DNA of 53,634 nucleotides, taken from assembly GCA_018052565.1 (NCBI GenBank), contig JAGPNC010000004.1, positions 1 to 53,634 of the forward strand, given 5' to 3'. A program made the translations under genes and the position numbers. The notes beneath the pieces are model-generated. The model was not told the DNA's origin, searched no databases, and saw only the letters and a program-made list of their open reading frames with translations. Source of the stretch: Candidatus Shapirobacteria bacterium (GTDB lineage: Bacteria; Patescibacteriota; Microgenomatia; 0-14-0-10-38-17). Position 1 is the stretch's first letter. Each line of letters starts with the position of its first letter. Below, piece by piece: positions 26,919 to 36,282 of the stretch.

Positions 26919-27494
26919 TTAAAAGTACTTCAGCGACCAATAAGGATTATTTATAAGAGCCAACAGAAGGGAAACAATGATAATATCCCAGGAAGGTTTC
27001 TTCTTGTAAATAAGGGAAAATGTCGCCGTGTATACCACCGTCAAGAGGAGAAAACTAGAAAGAAACAGAGAATTAAAGAAACAATTTTTAAGAAAATCTG
27101 TGGAATAGATAAATTGGTCATAGTAATGACCGTGTACCCTGTTGGCAATGAAAAGAGCAGCCGAATCAACTAATAAACCTCCTAAAGTAATAGCAATTGC
27201 ATAAAATAAGCTTTTCCCCCTGATTTTTTTAAAGTGCAGATGATCAAGCAAAACTATCGTTGCCAAAACCAACGCGAAATTTGCTCCTAGCCCTATTAGG
27301 ATTCCTAGACCAGAGGGAAAGGGATATAAAGGGCCTTTATACCTACCATACATGCAATAAGGCGGTGGTGTGATGCCAGGCTGTAGCGGCATACATTCTA
27401 GGGGCACTGCATCGGCATAGGCGATAGAAGGGAAAAACCAAGAAGAAATCACAAAAACAGCAAACAATAATTTTTTAGCCGCCATTATTTTCAT
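26919..27494 (-). CDS. Hypothetical polytopic membrane protein with signal peptide
   Basis: 191 aa; signal-like N-terminus and 4 hydrophobic segments; no recognisable motif. Confidence 0.5.
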   Translation of the reverse strand: MKIMAAKKLLFAVFVISSWFFPSIAYADAVPLECMPLQPGITPPPYCMYGRYKGPLYPFPSGLGILIGLGANFALVLATIVLLDHLHFKKIRGKSLFYAIAITLGGLLVDSAALFIANRVHGHYYDQFIYSTDFLKNCFFNSLFLSSFLLLTVVYTATFSLIYKKKPSWDIIIVSLLLALINNPYWSLKYF

Positions 27495-27589
27495 TTTATC
27501 AAAAAAAACAGTGGCCTGTCAATTTTGATCACAAATAATTAGGCTAGGGGTTTATTGACATTTTAGCTGTCGGAAAGAACGATAATCTG

Positions 27590-28651
27590 CTACCAAGATG
27601 CTATTTTACGATTTTGGCGCCACCGGCCGGGGAGAGCGGCGCCGCACTTGGGGCAGGTGCCGTTTTGATCAAAACGGGCAATTTCGTAGCCGCGGCGTTT
27701 GATAACAAGCTGGTCGCAGGCAGGGCAGAGGGTGTCATCGTCCGAAGATGGTCCCAAATTGCCGGCATAAACGTATTTCAGGCCTCTTTTTAAAGCTTCT
27801 TGACGGGCTTCTTTAATTATTTGTGGCGGAGTAGCAGGCAGGTCTTTTAGCTTCCAGGAAATAGCGGGCGAGAAAGCGCTTAAATGCCAGGGGATAGCTT
27901 CGCCTAATTTTTCCCTAATAAAGTCGGCAATTTTATTTAAAATAGTCATCTTGTCGCTGAGGGTGGGAATAACTAGGGTGGTTACCTCCAGCCAAACTCC
28001 CTCTTTAACCAACCTTTGGCAATTTTTTAAAACCGGCGCCAGCTTTGCCCCGCAGACTTTCTGATAAAATTTTTCCTCACTTGATTTAATATCAATATTG
28101 GCGGCATCAAGATAGGGAAGAATGAGGTCTAAAGTTTTATCGCTCATAAAGCCATTGGAAACCCAGATGTTTTTCAAACCGGCCCGGCGGGCAAGCTTCA
28201 TTGTTTCTAGGGCATATTCTAAGAAAACCGTTGGCTCATTATAGGTATAAGCGATAGAAAGGCATTGGTTTTGGCGGGCAAGGATGACAATTTGCGAGGG
28301 GGCGAGGTTTTCTCCCCAAAAAAGACGGGAACAGGCCTCTTTTTTCCCTTTTTGGTTGCTAAGTTGGGAAATTTCCCAATTTTGGCAGTTAAGGCAGGAA
28401 AAATTACAGCCAAGAGTGCCAAAAGAAAAAGCAAAACTCCCCGGCAGGAAATGGTAAAGCGGCTTTTTTTCCACCGGATCAATGCCTAAGGCGGCCGCTC
28501 TGCCATAAACCAGAGAGTAAAATCGGCCGTTTTGATTTTCTCGCACCCCGCAAACCCCTAACCTGCCTAGCGCAATTTGGCAGGAATGATGGCAGGCAAA
28601 ACAACCAACTGCCTGGTTTGATTTTTCTTCCCAAAGAAGAGCTTCTTTCAT
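27590..28651 (-). CDS. AmmeMemoRadiSam system radical SAM enzyme
   Basis: VGCFACHHSCQI...GVCGVRENQNGRFYSL, CNFSCLNCQNWEISQ (CxxxCxxC), and a C-terminal CPAC...CPKC zinc-ribbon-like pair. Start chosen at MKEALLWEEK (28651) rather than the track start 28717. Confidence 0.85.
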   Translation of the reverse strand: MKEALLWEEKSNQAVGCFACHHSCQIALGRLGVCGVRENQNGRFYSLVYGRAAALGIDPVEKKPLYHFLPGSFAFSFGTLGCNFSCLNCQNWEISQLSNQKGKKEACSRLFWGENLAPSQIVILARQNQCLSIAYTYNEPTVFLEYALETMKLARRAGLKNIWVSNGFMSDKTLDLILPYLDAANIDIKSSEEKFYQKVCGAKLAPVLKNCQRLVKEGVWLEVTTLVIPTLSDKMTILNKIADFIREKLGEAIPWHLSAFSPAISWKLKDLPATPPQIIKEARQEALKRGLKYVYAGNLGPSSDDDTLCPACDQLVIKRRGYEIARFDQNGTCPKCGAALPGRWRQNRKIASW

Positions 28652-28779
28652 TTGCGAAAAAAAATTATCAGCCTCTTGATTTAGTTTAAGGATAGCGAAA
28701 GAAGAAGAAATTATCAAGGAGAGGGGAAATTAAATGGCTAGATTGTTGAGTTGCTCAATTGCTAGTGGCAGGGTGGTGG

Positions 28780-28960
28780 TTAGGAATTAGTAGTTGGGTA
28801 GTTAGGGAAAAGATGTTTTTTCCTAAGCTCCTGCCTACGTCTCTACGAACTACTAATTTAGCTGTCATTCTGACGAAAGTCAGAATCTATTTAGTCTTAA
28901 GACAGATTTCGGATCGGCGTCCGGAATGACATTTACGCCAAGCCGTCTTTTGCGAACAGT
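28780..28960. repeat. Word-built hairpin (AGTAGTT words) plus GNRA-capped hairpin module, copy H
   Basis: GGAATTAGTAGTTGGGTAGTTAGGG pairs with CCTAAGCTCCTGCCTACGTCTCTACGAACTACTAATT. It is followed by ATTCTGAC-GAAA-GTCAGAAT (28867-28886). Confidence 0.6.
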
Positions 28961-29040
28961 TCGCAACAATTGAGTAAGTTGACTTTTGGCTTGCTAAGTT
29001 AGTTTTGATGGTAAAATGAAACAATAAGTAATTTAATTTT

Positions 29041-29706
29041 ATGATTCCCCTTCGCGACCATAATCCCACCCGGCGTTTCCCCTTTATCAATTATCTTTTG
29101 ATAATTGTTAATGTCGCAATTTGTATTTATACCTATACTCTCCCCTTGCCGGCTTTGGAGGATTTTTTCAATCGCTTTGCCCTAACGCCCGCTTTAGTTC
29201 TTCAAGGCCAGAATCTTTTGAGCTTTTTTACCTCGATGTTTTTGCATGCCGGCTTGGGGCATCTTTTGGGGAATATGCTTTTTTTGCATATTTTTGGTGA
29301 TAATCTTGAAGATTACTTTGGCCATTTTCGTTATCTTATTTTTTATCTTGCTTGTGGCTTGGCAGCTGATTTTGCCCAAATTTTTGTTAACCCCATGAGC
29401 AGCATTCCCCAGGTGGGCGCTTCAGGAGCCATTGCCGGAGTGATGGGTGGCTACCTTCTTCTTTATCCAAAACATGAAATTGACATTCTTTTTTCTTTTG
29501 GCTGGTGGTATGATCAAGCCACCTTGCCCGCCTGGACAATGCTTTTCTATTGGTTTTTGGCCCAGTTTTTCGCCGGGGTGGGAAGCTTAGGGATAGCGGA
29601 GGAAGGGGGAGTAGCCTATTTTGCCCATTTAGGCGGCTTTTTGGCAGGGATGATTTTGGTCAAGTTAAGAGGGGGGAGAAAGAGAGTGGCGGAGCTGGAA
29701 GCCTAA
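29041..29706 (+). CDS. Rhomboid family intramembrane serine protease
   Basis: FLHAGLGHLLGNMLFL, GASGAIAGVMGGY, AHLGGFLAG; 6 TM layout. Confidence 0.85.
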   Translation: MIPLRDHNPTRRFPFINYLLIIVNVAICIYTYTLPLPALEDFFNRFALTPALVLQGQNLLSFFTSMFLHAGLGHLLGNMLFLHIFGDNLEDYFGHFRYLIFYLACGLAADFAQIFVNPMSSIPQVGASGAIAGVMGGYLLLYPKHEIDILFSFGWWYDQATLPAWTMLFYWFLAQFFAGVGSLGIAEEGGVAYFAHLGGFLAGMILVKLRGGRKRVAELEA

Positions 29707-29713
29707 AGAGAGA

Positions 29714-30010
29714 GTATTAAGTATTAAGTATAAAAAATATAAAAAAATTAAATCGCTCTATTGCTAAATTTCTGCAAAAAATGCAACTGTCATCATGGGC
29801 CCGTTGCAAATGTTATTTGCTAGGGGGTAAATTATTTTAATTATTCTAATTAACCTAATCTCTAAAGAAAGTCCAAATTGCCAAAAGCCCCAATCCCCAA
29901 ATAATTTTTAATTAGGTTTTGGGATTTCTTTAGGTCAATTAGAATAATTAGAGCAATTAGAACAATTTTTTGATCCGCTATTAATTTCAGGATAACGCTG
30001 GTAACAGGCT
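29714..30010. repeat. Composite element, copy E (left GTATTAAGTAT words, conserved loop hairpin, AATTAGAATAATT hairpin)
   Basis: GTATTAAGTATTAAGTAT at 29714-29731; GCCCGTTGCAAATGTTATTTGCTAGGGGG hairpin; arms 29829-29857 and 29930-29967. The right boundary is diffuse. Confidence 0.7.
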
Positions 30011-30067
30011 TTGGCAACAGAAAGAAAGAATATTGGTTACGCCGGTAAGCCATAATTAAGCCGCATA

Positions 30068-30841
30068 ATGATGAGCCAACTTCTTCTCTCCTGGAACGTT
30101 AACGGGCTTCGGTCTGTTTATCAAAAGGGGGCCTTAAATCAGGTTTTTCAGGAAAAAAAGCCGGATATTTTTTGCCTTCAGGAGGTTAAGGCCTCGCCAG
30201 ACCAATTGCCAGCCAATCTTGCCAAACTTGACGGCTATCATTTTTATTGCCATCCGGCGCAGAAAAAAGGCTATGCCGGCGTGGCTATCTATACGAAAGT
30301 TAAGCCTAAAGGGGTGAGGGAGAGGTTAGGCCTTTCCCGCTTCGACAGCGAAGGCCGATTTTTGGGTCTTAGCTTTGGCTCTTTTTTCTTGGCTAATTTT
30401 TATTTCCCTCACGGCGGCCGCCAAAAAGAAAATTTAGATTACAAACTAGAGGTTTATGATTATTTTTTGCGCTGGATTAGCCAGCATAAGGAAAAGAATT
30501 TAGTTATCGGCGGCGATTTTAACATTGCCCACGAACCTATCGACTTAGCTCGTCCTAAAGAAAACGAGAATAACACCATGTTTACTCCCCAGGAACGAGA
30601 GAAAATTGATGAACTAGTGGGTCTTGGTTTTGTTGACAGCTTTCGGCTTTTTAACAAAGAGAGCGGTCACTACACCTGGTGGCCATACTGGGGAAAAGCG
30701 CGGGAGCGCAATTTAGGCTGGCGGCTGGATTATATTTTTCTCTCTCCTAGTCTAAAGAAGAACCTCAGGGGAGCTTTTATTTTTCCCCAAATTACCGGCT
30801 CTGACCATTGCCCGGTGGGGGCGACTTTCGAGATAAAATAG
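30068..30841 (+). CDS. xth: Exodeoxyribonuclease III (AP endonuclease)
   Basis: SWNVNGLRS, DIFCLQEVK, GGDFNIAHEPIDL, SDHCPV. The stop codon overlaps the first base of the next repeat. Confidence 0.9.
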   Translation: MMSQLLLSWNVNGLRSVYQKGALNQVFQEKKPDIFCLQEVKASPDQLPANLAKLDGYHFYCHPAQKKGYAGVAIYTKVKPKGVRERLGLSRFDSEGRFLGLSFGSFFLANFYFPHGGRQKENLDYKLEVYDYFLRWISQHKEKNLVIGGDFNIAHEPIDLARPKENENNTMFTPQEREKIDELVGLGFVDSFRLFNKESGHYTWWPYWGKARERNLGWRLDYIFLSPSLKKNLRGAFIFPQITGSDHCPVGATFEIK

Positions 30842-31057
30842 TATTAAGTATTAAGTATAAAAAGTGGCCGGGGTATAATTCGTCATCCTGACCCCGTTAC
30901 AAATGATATTTGCTACGGGATAAATTATTCTAATTATTCTAATTGACCTAAGGAAATCCCAAAACCCAATTAAAAATTATTTGGAAATTGGGACTTTTGG
31001 CAATTTGGAATTTTTTTAGAAATTAGGTTAATTAGAATAATTAGAGTAATTGAGTAG
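30841..31057. repeat. Composite element, copy F (same left modules as copy E, hairpin core inverted)
   Basis: GTATTAAGTATTAAGTAT at 30841-30858; GTGGCCGGGGTATAATTCGTCATCCTGACC at 30864-30893; CCCCGTTACAAATGATATTTGCTACGGG hairpin; arms 30922-30951 and 31024-31057. Confidence 0.75.
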
Positions 31058-31065
31058 TTTTTTCA

Positions 31066-31074
31066 TGTTATAAT
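31066..31074 (+). promoter_or_regulatory. Candidate extended -10 promoter (TGTTATAAT) for the rpmH operon
   Basis: TGnTATAAT match ends 8 nt before the rpmH ATG. No convincing -35 element. The spacing suggests a leaderless or very short leader. Confidence 0.35.
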
Positions 31075-31082
31075 GAAAGCCG

Positions 31083-31226
31083 ATGGCGACTAAAAGAACT
31101 TATCAACCAAAAAAGAAGAAAAGAGCGCGTACTCATGGTTTTCGGGCGCGCATGAAAACCCAAACCGGCCGGAGTGTTTTAAAACGCCGCCGCCTAAAGG
31201 GTCGTCAGAGGCTGACCGTGACATGA
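31083..31226 (+). CDS. rpmH: 50S ribosomal protein L34
   Basis: Not in the ORF track (47 aa). My translation is [47 protein letters not shown]. The stop overlaps the rnpA ATG (ATGA). Confidence 0.9.
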   Translation: MATKRTYQPKKKKRARTHGFRARMKTQTGRSVLKRRRLKGRQRLTVT

Positions 31227-31573
31227 GCTTAACTAAAAAAAGAAAATTAAGAAAAGGTCAAATAGAAGAAGTAAAAAAGAAAGGAATTTTCTATCAGGCA
31301 ACTCCTTTTTCTTTACGCTACCGACAGGTTGATCCTCAAAAACCTTCTTCTTTTGCCTTTGTAATTTCCAAGAAAGTGAGTAAACAAGCAACGGCGCGCA
31401 ACCGAACGCGACGGCTTTTTTCCGGCAATGTTCGTGAACTTCTTGATCGCTGTCAGCCGGGCTATGAAGTGATTTTTTTGGTCAAAAGCGAGGCTTTAAA
31501 TTTAGGCAAAGAAGAAATTGCTGCCGAAGTGGAAAAAGCCTTAACCTCAATTGGGCTTTTAAAAAATGATTAA
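31223..31573 (+). CDS. rnpA: Ribonuclease P protein component
   Basis: Position after rpmH; basic 116-aa protein with [21 protein letters not shown]. Confidence 0.85.
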   Translation: MSLTKKRKLRKGQIEEVKKKGIFYQATPFSLRYRQVDPQKPSSFAFVISKKVSKQATARNRTRRLFSGNVRELLDRCQPGYEVIFLVKSEALNLGKEEIAAEVEKALTSIGLLKND

Positions 31574-31748
31574 ATCGCTAGCTCTTTTTCTTATTAAAGG
31601 ATATCAGCTTTTTCTTTCCCCTTTTTTGGGGAATAATTGTCGTTTTGCCCCTTCCTGCTCGGTTTATACGGCGCAAGCCATCGAACAGTATGGCGTTTTA
31701 AAAGGCTCTTTTTTGGGTTTTAAAAGAATTTTACGTTGTCACCCTTAA
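31566..31748 (+). CDS. yidD: Membrane protein insertion efficiency factor YidD
   Basis: [26 protein letters not shown]...RILRCHP. Confidence 0.9.
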   Translation: MIKSLALFLIKGYQLFLSPFLGNNCRFAPSCSVYTAQAIEQYGVLKGSFLGFKRILRCHP

Positions 31749-31749
31749 A

Positions 31750-32514
31750 ATGTTTCAGACAATTTTAGTCCAACCCTTAGTTAACGCGCTGGTTATTTTA
31801 ACGACATACCTGGGTTCTTTGGGGGGAGCAATTATTATTTTAACCGTTTTAATCCGGATCTTGCTTTTGCCCCTTTCTCTCCCCTCTCTTCGTTCGGCCC
31901 AGAAAATAAAGGATTTAAACCCGGAACTTCAGGCTTTACAAAAAAAATATGCCAAAGATAAGCAAAAATTAGCCCAGGCGCAAATGGAACTTTACCGTCG
32001 GGAGGGGATTAACCCCGCGGCAGGTTGTTTACCTACAATTATTCAATTTATAATTTTAATCGCTCTTTACCAAGTTTTTATTAAGGCCTTGGGCGTTCAG
32101 GGGGGAGAAAATTTAAGCCATCTTCTTTATCCAGGAGTTTCCCTGCCTCCTAATGGGGTTAACCTCAATTTTCTTTATCTTGATTTAGGCAAGCCTGATG
32201 TTATTGCCGGTTTTGTGCCAGGATTCTTTTTAATCCTCTCAGCTCTTTTCCAGTTTTTAACTACTCGTTTAACGATGCCGGCGGTTTCTGAATCCCAGAA
32301 AGTGGCTCAAAAAACAGCGGCAAAAAACGACGATATGATGGTAATGATGCAAAAACAGATGGTTTACATGATGCCAGTGATGACGATTTTTATCGGTTAT
32401 ACTCTACCTGCCGGGGTGACTCTTTATTGGTGGATTACTTCTTTATTTTCTTTTTTGCAACAATGGGTAGTAATGCGCTTAATGAAAAAGGGGGTGAGGG
32501 AAAGCAATGACTAA
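31750..32514 (+). CDS. yidC: Membrane protein insertase YidC (short form)
   Basis: LLPLSL...Q.KMQ-type region (SAQKIKDLNPELQALQKKY), GINPAAGCLP, and the position in the rnpA-yidD-yidC-jag cluster. Confidence 0.85.
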   Translation: MFQTILVQPLVNALVILTTYLGSLGGAIIILTVLIRILLLPLSLPSLRSAQKIKDLNPELQALQKKYAKDKQKLAQAQMELYRREGINPAAGCLPTIIQFIILIALYQVFIKALGVQGGENLSHLLYPGVSLPPNGVNLNFLYLDLGKPDVIAGFVPGFFLILSALFQFLTTRLTMPAVSESQKVAQKTAAKNDDMMVMMQKQMVYMMPVMTIFIGYTLPAGVTLYWWITSLFSFLQQWVVMRLMKKGVRESND

Positions 32515-32989
32515 TAAGAAAAAAGAATCATTGGGAAAAATTCAAAAATTAACGGCGGAATTATTAGAGAAAATGGGCGTTGAAGCAAAAGTAGAAGTTA
32601 AAGAAGATGAAGAAAGCAAAATGTTTTTAATTAATCTTTCCTCACCACAGGATAATGCTTTGCTGGTAGGACGTTTTGGCCGTAATTTGGAAGCCTTGCA
32701 GACAATTTTAAACTTGATGGTGGCCAACGCCTTGGGAGAATGGCAACGGGTTTTGGTTGATATTGACGGCTACCGGCAAAAAAGAGAAGAACAGCTTGAG
32801 AAAATGGCCCAGCAGGCCTTGGAAAAAGTAGCCGCCACCGGCGAAACGGTAACCTTTTCTGGTCTTTCCTCTTTTGAGCGACGGGTAATTCACCTTTATT
32901 TTAAGGATAAACCGGAGATGGAAACTCTTTCTGAAGGGGAAGGCCGCGATCGGCATCTGGTGGTGCGGCGGCGACAACAAGAAAAGTAA
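32507..32989 (+). CDS. jag: Jag/KhpB-like RNA-binding protein (KH + R3H)
   Basis: LVGRFGRNLEALQ (KH-like GxxG region) and SSFERRVIHLYF (R3H), with conserved position after yidC. Confidence 0.8.
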   Translation: MTNKKKESLGKIQKLTAELLEKMGVEAKVEVKEDEESKMFLINLSSPQDNALLVGRFGRNLEALQTILNLMVANALGEWQRVLVDIDGYRQKREEQLEKMAQQALEKVAATGETVTFSGLSSFERRVIHLYFKDKPEMETLSEGEGRDRHLVVRRRQQEK

Positions 32990-33192
32990 AAAAAGTAGCG
33001 GCAATTAGAAGAGGAAGGAGTTATAATATCGCCAAAGGTACTCCGCCTGTCTCTCTGTTCTTGTCTGTTGCCTGCCCGCTGAATAGCGGGGTGGAAAGGT
33101 ATTCCAAAAGAAAAGAAAATCATCGCTCTCCTTCCGCTCAGTCTCCTCTTTGTCCTTATTTTCTTTTTACCAAATTAAGCTTACAACGCCAT

Positions 33193-34071
33193 CTATTTTG
33201 TGCTTTCTGTTCTTAGCCAAATTTTCTCCCGCGGCATCCGCCGTACTTTCAGCTTCCAAAAAATTAAAAGCCAAAGATAAAGCCTGGCTAAAAAAAGAAG
33301 CAAAAGCCAAAACCATTCCTTAGGAGAGCGGGGAAGGGTTAAAAAAAAGAAACTCTCTTTTAATTCATTTTTAAAGCCGCGCATTGAGGGTGAATCTTTT
33401 CTTTTTTGCCCCGCTCCGCCCACCGAGCGCACTTTTTGTTTTTTCCAGTCAGAAAAATTAGTGGGAAATTTAACCCACACTACCGCCTGCGGCACATAAA
33501 CTAGCTTTCCCCCTTTTAGGCAGGTTTCTTGAGATAAAAAAACATCCTCGGTTAAACAAGAAGGGGGAATTGGCGTCCGATATTTTCTCCTTAGGGCCAA
33601 AAGATAGCCGGAGCCATCAAAATATTCTCCTTTGGCGCTTTTTTTAAGCCTTAGTTGGTGGGCAACCGCGGTTAAACAAAACGCCCAAAAGCCAAAAAGA
33701 GAATTTCTTTTATTAACGGGCTTGGGCTGGCCGGTGGCTAAGCCTATGTTAGAATTTTTAAAAGCCACTAAAATTTTCTCCAATGCTTCTCTCCCCAAGC
33801 AAACATCGCCGTCAGTTAAAACCAAAATTTCTCCTCCCGCTCTTGAGGCGGCTAAATTAAGCGCCGCCGGCTTGCCTTTTCCCTCATCTTTTAAGATTTT
33901 AACCTGTGGGTAGCCTTTCGCCACTTCAAGTGTGGGCTCATCCGGCGCCACTACCCAAAGCTCGCCTTTAGAGAAATCAATTTGGGGTAAAAGCGCTTTA
34001 ATCGCTCGGCCAATGGTTTTCTCCTCGCCAAATGCAGTAATAATAACCGAATAGTTAATTGAGGGCTTCAT
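33193..34071 (-). CDS. Glycosyltransferase family 2 with C-terminal TM segment
   Basis: YSVIITAFGEEKTIGRAIKAL, ILVLTDGDV (DxD). Confidence 0.8.
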   Translation of the reverse strand: MKPSINYSVIITAFGEEKTIGRAIKALLPQIDFSKGELWVVAPDEPTLEVAKGYPQVKILKDEGKGKPAALNLAASRAGGEILVLTDGDVCLGREALEKILVAFKNSNIGLATGQPKPVNKRNSLFGFWAFCLTAVAHQLRLKKSAKGEYFDGSGYLLALRRKYRTPIPPSCLTEDVFLSQETCLKGGKLVYVPQAVVWVKFPTNFSDWKKQKVRSVGGAGQKRKDSPSMRGFKNELKESFFFLTLPRSPKEWFWLLLLFLARLYLWLLIFWKLKVRRMPREKIWLRTESTK

Positions 34072-34223
34072 TCTTTAATAATTTTATCATCTTAACCCAA
34101 AATAACCGCCTAATTTGATTTTAGAAAACAGAGGGGATAAACTGGTAATATACATCAGCTATCTTTTTAACCATTGTTTAGTGAAGCTTCAAATCAGGTT
34201 GTAGTCAACCAAGAATGCACTCT

Positions 34224-34387
34224 CAAATTCAAAATTCAAAATGCAAAAGTCAAAATTTCAATTAAAAAGTTAAAAGTTTTTTACTTTTTAATTTTTCCGC
34301 CAGCCCCCGCCACGGCAGGGCCAGAGGCGGACCCGCCTTTGGCGGAAACTTGCACTTTTAACTTTTGACTTTTAACTTTTAACTTTC
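34224..34387. repeat. AAAGT-word hairpin element, copy 5, with embedded GC hairpin
   Basis: CAAATTCAAAATTCAAAATGCAAAAGTCAAAATTTC...ACTTTTAACTTTTGACTTTTAACTTTTAACTTT. The GC insert TTCCGCCAGCCCCCGCCACGGCAGGGCCAGAGGCGGACCCGCCTTTGGCGGAA is homologous to that of copy 1. Confidence 0.75.
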
Positions 34388-34405
34388 TAAAAGGAGGTGA
34401 AGATT

Positions 34406-34669
34406 ATGAGCATTCGGGTGCAAAAAAGAGACGGCCGCTTGGAAGAATTTGATGTTAATAAAATCCGCCAAGGCTTGGCCGCCGCCGGGGCTACCCCCGC
34501 GCAGGTGGAGGCCATTACCAAAGAAGTAGAAAGTTGGGCTAAGGATAACGCTACCAAAGGTTTTATCCGCACCGTCGCCATCAAGGAAAAGGTCTTATCT
34601 TCCCTACGGCTAGTTAATCCTCAAGCCGCCACCGCTTTTGAAAGCTACCAAAAACCCGCGGAGGGCTAA
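34406..34669 (+). CDS. Stand-alone ATP-cone domain protein
   Basis: IRVQKRDGRLEEFDVNKIRQGL...IKEKVLSSL. ATG at 34406 follows AAGGAGG by 7 nt. Confidence 0.75.
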   Translation: MSIRVQKRDGRLEEFDVNKIRQGLAAAGATPAQVEAITKEVESWAKDNATKGFIRTVAIKEKVLSSLRLVNPQAATAFESYQKPAEG

Positions 34670-35682
34670 TTACCCAAACTAACAGTTTGGTAAACAGCCT
34701 GAGAGATTTGCCGCACCACCTGCTGGAGGAGAGTAAGATCGCTTCCCCGGCTCATTACGCAAAGCAGGTATGGTTTATGGGGGTAATAAATAATCCCGCA
34801 ATCATGAAATTGCCTAAGATCGCTTTCTTCATAAGCCCTCTCGCCAAATTTGTGAGCTACCTTAATCCCTTCGGGCACACCCCCCACTAGGCCATCATCA
34901 TAAGTCACTTCGCTTAACAATTTGAGCGCCTTCTCCGACATCTCCCGGCTAAGATAAGAGGCGTTATAAAGAATCCTAAAAAGAGCGGCATAATCTTTAA
35001 CGGTAATAAAGTTCTCCTCGTCCGCCTCGGCAGGCACTTTCAGACCTAAGTCGGCATAAACTTCCGCCAATTTATTTTTTTCAACATAATCTGCCAATAC
35101 CTCCAACGCCTGATTATCAGAATAAACAATCATCCGCCTAATCAGCGATCCAATTGAATAAGATTGCCCTGCTACTAGCTGTTCTTCCGGCAAAATATTC
35201 TGGGAAAGAGCCTCTTGAGGTTGGTATTCTATCTTTTGGTAAAGATAGTCGGGGTTTTCTTCGGCAATTTTTAAATAAGCAATCATTAACGGCAGTTTAA
35301 GGAGACTTGCCGGAGCGAACTTTTCTCTTTCGCCAATGCCGATCCAAGCGCCGGAATTTAGTTCCTGGAAATAAACAGCCACTTGAGAGGCTCTCTTGCT
35401 CTCGATGGCAGTATTAATTAATTCTTCTATCTTTTCTCTCAAATAGACTAAATCTCCCCGCCTGGTTTCTTCAAGAGGAGTAAAATCAAGCAGGGGATTA
35501 ATGAACTGATACTCTGATTGGCGCTCCCGGAAAAAAATATTTTCTTCTCCCTTTTTGGTTAAAAGCTTCTCTCCCAAAGCGCCCAAGGCTACGCCAAGGG
35601 TAAAAACTCCCAAGATAAGAGCTCCCTTTTTAAGCTTTTGCCCGCTTATTTTCTCTTTTGGTTCTAGCTGCTTTTTAAGCAT
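34666..35682 (-). CDS. Class A beta-lactamase-like serine hydrolase, membrane anchored
   Basis: SxxK (ASLLK), SDN (YSDNQA) and KxG (HKFGE) motifs in the correct order; N-terminal TM segment. Confidence 0.75.
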   Translation of the reverse strand: MLKKQLEPKEKISGQKLKKGALILGVFTLGVALGALGEKLLTKKGEENIFFRERQSEYQFINPLLDFTPLEETRRGDLVYLREKIEELINTAIESKRASQVAVYFQELNSGAWIGIGEREKFAPASLLKLPLMIAYLKIAEENPDYLYQKIEYQPQEALSQNILPEEQLVAGQSYSIGSLIRRMIVYSDNQALEVLADYVEKNKLAEVYADLGLKVPAEADEENFITVKDYAALFRILYNASYLSREMSEKALKLLSEVTYDDGLVGGVPEGIKVAHKFGERAYEESDLRQFHDCGIIYYPHKPYLLCVMSRGSDLTLLQQVVRQISQAVYQTVSLGN

Positions 35683-36282
35683 AAACCTTTTTTATTCAAA
35701 ATTACTTTGGTTTTTTAATTGTGGCGGGGCGCAATCCCCAATTATCCTGAACTTGCCTACACTGCCCGTCCAGCAGGCGGATCCGCCGACGGAGTCAGGA
35801 TAACAAACTATATCCTATCCATTTTAATTATATTCTTCTCCTTGGAAGAAAAAATATAACTTGAGGCGCTTCGATTTAGCAGCCTCTTAGCATCTTAATC
35901 TTTACTAAATAGTCGCTTCGCCAAGCATTTATTTGCCAATAGGCAAGGAGAGAAAGCCCCGGCCTCTTTCTTTCAATGCGGCATAAAAATGAACGATCGC
36001 TTGTTTTTATGTCACGCTTTATACTTATAAACTAACAAAAAGGGTAGTCTCCTTTGCTTTATCTTCCCATCGCTCTCGTTTCAAAATGCCAATTATCCCG
36101 ATACTACGCTACCCCATCAATTCATAGTAACGGAATTCTTATCGTCTTCGGCTATCGAAAATCTCGGAGCCTGAAGGATTACCAACGACAGGGAATTGGA
36201 AAAAAATTTTGCAACCGGGTTATAGTAACGAATATATTTCAGGCGATTAACGCTTAATAAACAATCTTGATACTTATCTTGC

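Noticed and set aside
28780-31057. Clustered repeats as a CRISPR array
   Set aside because: The repeats are long imperfect palindromes of differing sequence separated by genes. They are not short direct repeats with uniform spacers, and no cas genes are present.
28700-31083. Replication origin upstream of the rpmH-rnpA-yidC-jag cluster
   Set aside because: No dnaA gene is present and I found no cluster of TTATCCACA-like boxes. The only exact TGTGGATAA I noticed is inside a CDS near 1473. AT-rich hairpins alone are insufficient evidence.
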